A DNA stretch of 41,375 bases from Octopus sinensis. Taxonomy: Eukaryota. Positions 32,604 to 41,375 of the stretch are shown here, piece by piece (positions within the stretch are counted from its first letter, which is position 1; each line of letters opens with the position of its first letter). The stretch lies in assembly GCF_006345805.1 (NCBI RefSeq), contig NW_021835299.1:1-41375 (forward strand), read 5' to 3'. The position numbers and the translations under genes are program-made. Below the pieces are notes generated by a model. That model did not search any database. It had not been told where the DNA came from and saw only the letters and a program-made list of their open reading frames with translations.

Positions 32604-32738
32604 AGGTAAATTGTCTAATTTTGGGGACAGATAAGCCCTCAATGGGAAAAGTAAGGTGTGGGTTTGAGTCCCATGCATACGACAAACCCTACTTTTTCCG
32701 TCAAGGGCTTATCTGCCCCAATATTAGACTATTTACCT
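32604..32738. repeat. Small inverted repeat (arms ~53 bp, loop ~30 bp)
   Basis: AGGTAAATTGTCTAATTTTGGGGACAGATAAGCCC... pairs with ...GGGCTTATCTGCCCCAATATTAGACTATTTACCT. Confidence 0.7.
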
Positions 32739-32744
32739 ATGTGG

Positions 32745-33135
32745 AGGCGCGTGGCTTAGTGGTTAGGGTGTTGGACTCATGATCGTAAGGTTGTGGTTTC
32801 GATTCCTGGACTGGGCAACGCGTTGTGTTCTTGAGCAAAACACTTCATTTCACATTGCTCCAGTCCACTCAGCTGGCAAAAAGGAGTCATCCAGTGACAG
32901 ACCAGCTTCCCATCCTGCTTGGGCTCATGATCATAAGATTGTGGTTTCAATTCCTAGACTGGGCAATGCACTGTGTTCTTGAGCAAGACACTTCATTTCA
33001 CATTGCTCCAGTTCACTCGGCTGGCAAGTATAAGTATTTCTACAATGGACCGGCGTCCCGTCCAGGTGGGGAATTTCTACGCCACTGAAACCGGGAAACC
33101 GGCCCTTATGAGCCTGGCATGGCTCGAGAAGGAAC

Positions 33136-33140
<5 letters not shown>
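32745..33140 (+). mobile_element. tRNA-derived SINE family C with duplicated head; other copies at 16514-16745 (+) and 31225-31348 (-)
   Basis: ggcgcgtggcttagtggttagg A-box, gtttcgattcc B-box, ttcttgagcaaaacacttcatttcac body, tail ggaaggaacattatata. Confidence 0.75.
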
Positions 33141-33171
<31 letters not shown>

Positions 33172-33235
33172 TTAGTCTACACACAGTGTTTGTTTATAAG
33201 CCTTAAGCTTATAAAATATTATCATTTATATATAT

Positions 33236-33293
<58 letters not shown>

Positions 33294-33859
33294 CAATTCA
33301 TAAATGAGGGCAAAGGAAAACAATTCTAATGCCAAATATGGTAATAATGGAATGTTTTAGAAATTTCTTTCGACCTTTTTTCGAGTAGCATGCATATTGT
33401 GAAAAAATTATATGGTTAATGGACAATATGTCCAATTTTTCAGCATATCTGGCATTAGAAATTTTTTCCCTTGCCCTCATTTATGAATTGTTTATAAATT
33501 TAAACGTTAAAGGTATTTTTTAATATGCTGGCCATTGATAAAATTTTTTTCGAGAAAATATTTCTTTTTTTTTCGAAAAGAATTTTATCCTCACATTTGA
33601 TATATATATATATATATAATCTCAGAAGTATTTTTTGGGTCTCAGCAGGAAGTCCTTTCGTTGCCAATTTACTTATTGCCTTCTGCCTGTCCTGAGTATT
33701 TTCTCATAGCATGTGCCTGATGTAATCTTAAGTTCTCAATTTATATCGAAATTATTAAAGAGTTTTCATGAGATTACAAAAAAAACAGGAGCAACAAAAA
33801 AAAACCCCATTCTTTTATAAGATACTATTTTATACAAAACTACCCCCAAATCTTCTTAA

Positions 33860-34079
33860 CCCTTTAGTGTTTAAACCGGCTGTATCCAGCCCAAATATTC
33901 TACACATTTTATGCTCAAACTGGCCAGAACCAACATCTCACACCTATCCTGCAATGTTATTCTAAAAATAAGCAATTACATCTTTCCTGTCTTGAAGCTA
34001 CAAAATATTATCAGATAAATTTTTTTAAATGTGAATAAATAAGGATTATTTTTGACAAATTAATATGAATGCTAAAGGG
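33860..34079. mobile_element. piggyBac-type MITE (220 bp), same family, opposite orientation
   Basis: TTAA TSD (33856-33859, 34080-34083), CCCTTTAG/CTAAAGGG ends, internal similarity to the reverse complement of the 17702 copy. Confidence 0.88.
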
Positions 34080-34133
34080 TTAAACTGTAAAAATTATTGC
34101 AAAAAATAAAAGAAAAATCCAAAATGTCCTTAC

Positions 34134-34188
34134 CGAAAATGCAACTGAAGAAAATTCCCAAAGTTAAAATGACAACTGGAACTTTCAT
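34134..34188 (-). CDS. Secreted chitin-binding protein, exon 1: signal peptide MKVPVVILTLGIFFSCIF
   Basis: ATG at 34188, basic residue followed by a hydrophobic core, donor GTAAGG at 34133, phase 1 matching exon 2. Confidence 0.78.
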
Positions 34189-34534
34189 GGTTCTTTTATG
34201 GCAGAAAATTCCGATGAAATATATTCTTCTAATTACTGGAACCGTCCCCTTAGAACTCCTTGCAATAACGCGCTACCATCAATAGTGTTAACATCCAATC
34301 TATGATATTTCTCTGTTTACAATTTTCCCTGAAACAGCATTCCTGGATGCGGATTAAAATAAATTCCTTGGGGTAGATTAACACAGGAATGGTAATCTCT
34401 TTAAACATACACAGTTGGTAAAGTTAATTAACCTCAGGTTGAACTTATTAAGGTGTAGTTTCAATGTCACAGAGAAAGACGGAGGAAAAGGAAAAAAATG
34501 TAATCTTTCTTTAAATATTTGTAGAAAAACATTT

Positions 34535-34749
34535 ACTCTTCTACTCTTACTCTTTTACTTGTTTCAGTCATTTGACTGCGGCCATGCTGGAGCACCGCCT
34601 TTAATCGAAGAAATCGACCCCAGGACTTATTCTTTGTAAGCCCAGTACTTATTCTATCGGTCTCTTTTGCCGAACCGCTAAGTGACGGGGACGTAAACAC
34701 ACCAGCATCGGTTGTCAAGCAATGCTAGGGGGACAAACACAGACACACA

Positions 34750-34790
<41 letters not shown>

Positions 34791-34961
34791 CATATATACG
34801 ACAGGCTTCTTTCAGTTTCCGTCTACCAAATCCACTCACAAGGCATTGGTCGGCCCGGGGCTATAGCAGAAGACACTTGCCCAAGATGCCACGCAGTGGG
34901 ATTGAACCCGGAACCATGTGGTTGGTTAGCAAGCTACTTACCACACAGCCACTCCTGCACC
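34535..34961 (-). mobile_element. SINE family A
   Basis: Full-length match. Confidence 0.88.
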
Positions 34962-35802
34962 TGGTTTTGTTTTTTGTTTTTTTTATCATATAAAATATTT
35001 TATCTTTTACCTGTTTCTGTCATTGGACTGTGGCCATGCTGGGGCACTGCCTTGAAGAGGTTTTAGATGAGCAAATCAACTCCAGTACTTTTTTTAAGCC
35101 TAGTATTTATTCTATCAGTCTCTTTTGTTGAACCACTAAGTTACGGGGACATAATCATATACATAGGCGCAGGAGTGGCTGTGTGGTAAGTAGCTTGCTA
35201 ACCAACCACATGGTTCTGGGTTCAGTCCCACTGCGTGGCATCTTGGGCAAGTGTCTTCTGCTATAGCCCCGGGCCAACCAATGGACTGTGGCCATGCTGG
35301 GGCACTGCCTTGAAGAGGTTTTAGATGAGCGAATCAACCCCAGTACTTTTTTTAAGCCTAGTATTTATTCTATCAGTCTCTTTTGTTGAACCGCTAATGT
35401 TACGGGGACATAAACAAACCAACACTGGTTGTCGAGCGGTGGTGGGGGACAACCACAAACACAAAGACACATATATAAATATGATAGGCTTCTTTCAGTT
35501 TCTGCCTACCAAATCCATTCACAGGGCTTTTGTCAGTCCAAGACTACAGGTGAAGACACTTGCCCAAGGTAGCATGCAGTGGAACTGAACCTGGAACCAT
35601 GTGGTTGGGAAGCAAGCTTTTTACCACATAGTCACACTTGATTTCTTTATCTTTTACTTATTTCAATCATTGGACTTTTTCAAGTTTGGTATATTTTTAT
35701 CAATCTCTTTACTGAACCACTAAGTCACACTCACGTAAGGAAACCAGCATTGGTTGTCAAGTGGTAAAGTGGGACACACGTACATCTATATAAATATATA
35801 TA

Positions 35803-36200
35803 GGCACAGGAGTGGCTGTGTGGTAAGTAGCTTGCTAACCAACCACATGGTTCTGGGTTCAGTCGCACTGCGTGGCATCTTGGGCAAGTGTCTTCTGCTA
35901 TAGCCCCAGGCCGACCAATGCCTTGTGAGTGGATTTGGTAGACAGAAACTGAAAGAAGCCCGTCATATATATGTATATATATATATGTGTGTGTGTGTCT
36001 GTGTTTGTCCCCCTAGCATTACTTGACAACCGATGCTGGTGTGTTTATGTTCCAGTAACTTAGCGGTTCAGCAATAGAGGCCGATAGAATAAGTACTGGG
36101 CTTACAAAAGAATAAGTCCCGGGGTCGATTTGCTCGACTAAAGGCGGTGCTCCAGCATGGCCGCAGTCAAATGACTGAAACAAGTAAAAGAGTAAAAGAG
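35803..36200 (+). mobile_element. SINE family A
   Basis: Full-length match. Confidence 0.88.
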
Positions 36201-36202
36201 TG

Positions 36203-36547
36203 TATAATTTCGTTATTTGTGAAATAAGGCTACCATTGGTTTCATGTTCAGAAAAGTGGGAAAATATCCTAGTGTCTTAACAATTTTTCAAGCCAATCAC
36301 ATGGAGAAAGGTATTTGCCTCCATTTTGGGAAATGTCCTGCTTTGTTTATAGGATTTCGCATAAATTTGCATAAATACACAAATTTACAAGAAATCCCAT
36401 GAACAAAGCAAGACTGTTTTCCAAAATGGGTGCGAATGCCTTTCTGCATGTGATCAGTTTAGAAAATTGCTGAGACACTGGGATATTTTCCCACTTTTCT
36501 AAACATGAAACCAATGGTAGCTTTATTTCACAAATAAAGAAACTATA
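36203..36547. mobile_element. Palindromic MITE (arms ~155 bp, loop ~30 bp)
   Basis: 36203-36358 is the reverse complement of 36391-36547; TATA ends. Confidence 0.75.
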
Positions 36548-36892
36548 TATCCACCATTTCATTGTTCAACGTTTACGTAGATCATCATCATCATCATCAT
36601 CATCGTTTAAATTCCTTTTTCCATGCTAGCATGGGTTGGATGGTTTGACCGGGGTCTGGGAAGCCAGGAGGCCACACTATACTCCAGTCTGATCTGGCAG
36701 TGTTTCTATGGCTGGATGCCCTTCCTAACGCCAACCACTTCAAGAGTGTAGTAGGTGCTTTTATGTGCCACCGGCAGATATATGTGTGTGTGTGTGCACA
36801 CATATACATTGGGCTTTCCCATAGTTTCTGTTCCTCAAATTCACTCACAGGTCATTGGTCAGCCCATTGGTATTATAGAAGGCGATGAACTA

Positions 36893-37299
36893 GTAGAAAC
36901 GTTAGCACGTGGGGCGAAATGCTTAGCGGTATTTCGTCTGCCGTTACGTTGTGAGTCCAAATTCCGCCGAGGTCGACTTTGCCTTTCATCCTTTCGGGGT
37001 CGATTAAATAAGTACCAGTTATGCACTGGGGTCGATGTAAACGACTTAATACCTATGTCTGTCCTTGTTTGTCCCCTCTGTGTTTAGCCCCTTGTGGGTA
37101 ATAAAGAAATAGGTATTTCGTCTGCCATTACGTTGTGAGTTCAAATTCCGCTGAGGTCGACTTTGCCTTTCATCCTTTCGGGGTCGATTAAATAAGTACC
37201 AGTTACGCACTGGGGTCGATGTAATCGACTTAATACCTATGTCTGTCCTTGTTTGTCCCCTCTGTGTTTAGCCCCTTGTGGGTAATAAAGAAATAGGTA
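36893..37299 (+). mobile_element. SINE family B, dimeric form
   Basis: Same body and junction as the 24657 copy. Confidence 0.85.
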
Positions 37300-37771
37300 T
37301 TGTAGAAGACTTGCCTTGGTCATTCCATGACTATCATAGAAAACACTTACAATGGGACTGAACCTAGAACTTCATGGTTACAAAGAAAGCTTTTTAATCA
37401 CACAACCATCTACATTCCCTCTTTTTTGTTATCAAATGTGTACATGAATATGAAAACCCTTTGTCTCTGCTGTCTTTTCTGTTGTGTTATGTCCTTTAAT
37501 GTATCTTTATATCAGCCCTTGTGACCAATTAAAGAATTAAGAATAATAATTATTGTTGTTGTTGGCAGAATCGTTAGCGTGCTTGGCAAGATGCTGAGTG
37601 GTTTTTCTTCTGACTTTACATTCTGAGTTCAAATTCCACTGAAGTCATCTTTGCTTTTCATCCTTTCAAGGTCAATGAAATAAATACCAGTCATGCACTG
37701 GGGTCGATGTAATTGACCTTTCCTCTCCCCCCAAAACTGCTGCAACTGTGCCAAAATTTGAAACCATTAAA

Positions 37772-38075
37772 CTCTCTCTCTCTCTCTCTCTCTTTCACAC
37801 ACACACACTCTCACTCTCTGTTTCTCTCTCTCTCTCTTTCACACACACACTCTCACTCTCTCTCTCTCTTTCTCTCTCTCTCATTCACACACACTCTCAC
37901 TCTCTCTCTTTCTCTCTTTCTCTCTCTCTCTTTCACACACACACTCTCACTCTCTCTCTCTCTTTCACACACACACTCTCACTCTCTCTCTCTCTCTTCA
38001 CACACACACACTCTCACTCTCTCTTTCTCTCTCTCCTCTCTCTCTCTCTCTCCTCTTTCACACACACACACTCTC

Positions 38076-38108
<33 letters not shown>
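37772..38108. repeat. Compound (CT)n/(CA)n microsatellite
   Basis: Direct reading. Confidence 0.95.
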
Positions 38109-38109
<1 letters not shown>

Positions 38110-38544
38110 ACTGTTTCTCATTTTACAAGTTTGTTCAGCAATAAACCCTTCTACACCCTCCCTTGTCGAAATCATATTTTGAAGTTGTTCCATTTAAAAA
38201 AAAAAAACAAAAAAAAAAAGGGACTCTGTAGTCTTTTTGTTGGTCGGTGGGAAATTGTGTTGGAATTTATTTTTGAAGTTGAAAACCAAAGAACAAATAT
38301 TGTAACGATGAGTTCTGTTTGCTTTGCAAGACAGGTCTTTCGCATTGAGAGAGAAATGTTGGTTGGGGGAAACAGTAAATACTTACATGCTTGGTAAATA
38401 TCAAACAAACACAACCACAGAAGAGCAAATGTCATGTAGATCAAAGAAATCCGAAGGGAGAGTACAAAGGTTCAAGCCCAGTTAGCAGCGGTTGAGTTGA
38501 TTATTTTCTTTTCTTTTTATTCATATTTTTTCTATTCTTTCACT

Positions 38545-38928
38545 GGTTTCAGTCATTTGACTGCAGCCATGCTGGAGCAACCGCCTTTAGTTGAATGAAC
38601 TGACCCCAGGACTTATTTTTTGCAAGCCTATTATCTTATCGGATTCTTTTGCTGAACTGCTAAGTTACGGGGATGTAAACACACCAACACCGGTTGTCAA
38701 GTGACAGGGGGGAGGGGGACAAACACAGACACACAAACATATACATACATATATATATATATAATATATATATATACGATGGATTTCTTTCAGTTTCTGT
38801 CAACAAATCCAATCCCAAGGCTTTGGTCGGCCCGAGGTTATAGTAGAAGCCACTTGCCCAAGGTGCTATGCAGTGGGACTGAACCCGGAACCATGTGGTT
38901 GGGAAGCAAGTTCCTAACCACACAGCCA
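38545..38928 (-). mobile_element. SINE family A, diverged
   Basis: Recognisable head, body and tail with many substitutions. Confidence 0.8.
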
Positions 38929-39032
38929 TGCCTGTTTAAGATTTCAATTTATATTTAAGATTTTACCAAGAGAAAGTACAATGTAAAATGGAATAAATAT
39001 CAAAATGTTTAATAAATGTTTGAGATTTGTTC

Positions 39033-39310
39033 TTACCTCCACCTTATCGAAGGTGGAGGTATTGTTTTCAGTTGCGTTTGTTTGTTTGTCATGGACCAGA
39101 TATCTCAAGAACCGCTGGATGGATTTGGATGAAACTTTCAGGGATGTTTGGCCTTGTGACTGGCACAAACTGATTAGATTTTGGGATCGATCCAGTGCAG
39201 GACAAGGATTATAGATTCTTTTTCCTGTTTTTCACTTAATTTTTGAGAGCGGTTTGGTTCATTTTTAATATTCTCGTTTGTGAGAGCAGTCGAGTTTATT
39301 TCAGATATTT
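39033..39310 (+). mobile_element. Helentron/DINE-like non-autonomous element
   Basis: 5' perfect hairpin ACCTCCACCTT-atcg-AAGGTGGAGGT, then GTTT repeats and ATATCTCAAGAACCGCTGGATGGATTTGGATGAAACTT, typical of this class. Confidence 0.55.
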
Positions 39311-39459
39311 TCGATGGTTCCATTGATTGGTTAAAATTCGAAAAATTAAACTACGTTAAACTTACAAATTACAATTTTCTCAAGAAAGCCAAGAGAAAAA
39401 AATGTACCAGTATACGAAGTTTTAAAGTGTTTAGTTAACTAGAAATTGTGCTGACATGT

Positions 39460-39603
39460 GCCGTTCAAAAGGAAAAGATCCATACAAATTACTAAAATAA
39501 TTTTTAAAAATATATACAGTACAGTACTTTTTCTACTTCGCATATTTTCCCCTATCGTGAGGGGTTTTGGAACGTAACACCCGCGATAGTCGAGGGATTG
39601 CTG
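39460..39603 (-). mobile_element. pogo/Tigger-like terminus
   Basis: Minus strand TA|CAGCAATCCCTCGACTATCGCG resembles Tigger TIRs; the partner end was not found. Confidence 0.4.
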
Positions 39604-39852
39604 TACATGGATCGCACAGAGAGAGAATCTGAAAATGAAGGGAAGTAACTTTTATAAAGAGTTGTCTCCCTTAGTTTTTTTACAGACGTTTTTAAACTCG
39701 CTTTGTAAGATTCCTGATGTGAAATCGTGTGTTGAAGCATTGTTTTATTTCGTGGTGATGGTCATTTCCTTTTCCTTTTTTTTTTTTTTGGCAATAAAAA
39801 GAAAATGGCTTTCCCGAAATATAACAACATCTTTATAGAATTTTCCTTTATA

Positions 39853-40260
39853 GGCGCAGGAGTGGCTGTGTGGTAAGTAGCTTGCTTACGAACCACATGG
39901 TTCTGGGTTCAGTCCCACTGCGTGGCACCTCGGGTAAGTGTCTTTTACTATAGCTCGGGCCGACCAAAGCCTTGTGAGTGGATTGGTAGACGGAAACTGA
40001 AAGAAGCCGTCGTATATGTATATATATATATGCGTGTGTGTGTGTTTGTGTGAGTGTGTTTGTCCCCCTAGCATTGCTTGACAACCGATGCTGTTTGTTT
40101 ATGTCCCCGTTATTAGCGGTTCAGCAAAAGAGACCGATAGAATAAGTACTGGGCTTACAAAAGAATAAGTCCCGGGGTTGATTTGCTCGACTAAAGGCGG
40201 TGCTCCAGCATGGCCGCAGTCAAATGACTGAAACAAGTAAAAGAGTAAAAGAGTAAAGAG
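39853..40260 (+). mobile_element. SINE family A
   Basis: Full-length match with (AAAGAGT)n tail. Confidence 0.88.
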
Positions 40261-40319
40261 TATTGTCGACGTTCAAAATTGTCTTTTTCGTCTGTGCTGC
40301 TTTGTGAAGACTGTAAAAG

Positions 40320-40945
40320 CTGTAAGATATGACCCGGGTATCAAGAAAACGAAGTACCCCTCAGACTGTAACGGGTTTTGACTGTGCCTTCAGTGAGGGC
40401 CTCGGGATCAATTCAAAAATCCTTCGTGAAGCTGCTGGAGGCTGTGCTCAGACCCTGGTTCAAGAGGGTTGCTTCTGGAAAGCCATATGTGTGGCAGAAG
40501 GATTCAGTTCCTTGCCAAACCCCTGGAAAGAGTCAGAAACAATTGTGACGGAATTTTTACGACTTCACCAGCCACTAGCATAAGCTAGAGAGGTGGAGCA
40601 GTAAGCCCCAGTTGGCACTTTTATGGGACAACACTACTTTTGGGCCTGCTGTAAGCAGTATGTATTTATTGTGGCGGCTCAGGGGCAGCAAACTGAAGGG
40701 CCAACCTAGGCCGCGCACACTCTATACTAGTGTCACCTGGCCTCTTAATCCTCTTGAGTGTAATCATATGGAATATTAGGCATAGGGCACAGTTGAGAAA
40801 GACAGCAACTGCTCTGCTTGGTGGCCAAGGTCAAGGAAGAGGTCAAAGATCTTCACAGAGGCACAGTGAGGAATACATGCGCCAGGTTCCGGAACCGTCT
40901 TAAGGTCATGGTGGAAGCAGAGGGTGGCTGCTTGGAGCAAACTGT
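40320..40945 (+). pseudogene. Decayed Tc1/mariner (maT/DD37D-like) transposase C-terminal half with a ~150-bp insertion
   Basis: Hand translation: KPYVWQKDSVPCQTPGKSQKQL*RNFYDFTS...WPLNPLECNHMEY*A*GTVEKD...RNTCARFRNRLKVMVEAEGG, equivalent to the QQDSAPCH / WPPNSPD / EAEGG motifs, with stops. Confidence 0.8.
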
Positions 40946-41071
40946 TATCTCCCAATTATCCATCATCTGTTATTATTCGGTGTGTATGTATGTATATTAC
41001 AAATATATATATACAGATACATATATATATATATATATAATATTATATATATATATATATATATACATATG

Positions 41072-41102
<31 letters not shown>

Positions 41103-41107
41103 CTAAG

Positions 41108-41375
41108 CAATTAAGGGTTTAGCAACGAATTGCCTCACACACACAGAATTTAGAAATAGCAGTCAAAGAGTTATAGCTATTCTTTCTACTAAAAGGGAGA
41201 TCTCAGTAAAAACACAGCACTTGAAAGGCAAACACAGACAGGTAAGAGAGAATGAATGACGGCAATCTATCATACAATTTTAAGTCACCTACGGACGTAC
41301 GTTTCGAAATCAAGTTTTAGGAAAGCATAAGAATTAGATAATTCTACCTTACCCAACTTCTTTTCTCATCAGCGT
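41108..41375 (-). mobile_element. Hammerhead-bearing Penelope-like/retrozyme-like repeat, 3' end CCCTTAATTG next to (TA)n
   Basis: Shares the CCCTTAATTG terminus with the 11954-12746 element and contains a hammerhead core. Truncated by the window edge. Confidence 0.55.
41295..41375 (-). ncRNA. Minimal type I hammerhead ribozyme motif with canonical core (runs to window edge)
   Basis: ACG-CTGATGA-GAAA...TTTC-GAAA-CG-TA-CGT. Canonical core, G10.1-C11.1 closing a 4-bp helix II, palindromic ACGU helix III, helix I ACG/CGT. Confidence 0.7.

Noticed and set aside
33672-33717. Candidate extra minus-strand exon (cag|GCACATGC...) in chitin gene intron 1
   Set aside because: The phase-1 frame hits a stop, and exons 1 and 2 already join in frame.
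40574-40730. Insert splitting the mariner fragment, flanked by ACTAG repeats
   Set aside because: No clear TIRs and no second copy in the window, so it could not be classified.

Overview
Eukaryotic, AT-rich, repeat-dense DNA. The SINEs and microsatellites point to a coleoid cephalopod, most likely Octopus; this is recognition from memory, with no database search. Two convergent spliced genes were rebuilt by hand from GT/AG sites and reading-frame phase. (1) ZMYND12 on + (8 exons, 4677..22943, 360 aa, N-terminal MYND zinc finger plus TPR-like helical region) with an RFX X-box-like motif upstream. (2) A 165-aa secreted protein with a signal peptide and two chitin-binding type 2 (CBM14/peritrophin-A) domains on - (4 exons, 34188..23249). 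Their stop codons are only about 305 bp apart. The rest is tRNA-derived SINEs, CR1/RTE/RLE LINE remnants, Helitrons, piggyBac/hAT/mariner MITEs, palindromic MITEs, an 89-bp higher-order minisatellite and long simple repeats. The most striking observation is a set of short (TA)n-anchored repeats from several unrelated families carrying minimal type I hammerhead-ribozyme motifs (CUGANGA...GAAA with a palindromic helix III, as in Penelope-like elements and retrozymes). Four such motifs cluster within about 1.25 kb of ZMYND12 intron 3, two of them in the arms of a ~340-bp inverted repeat, and a canonical-core one lies at the right edge of the window. Almost all ORFs in the supplied track are microsatellite or SINE artefacts. 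Repeat boundaries are approximate unless a TSD is quoted.
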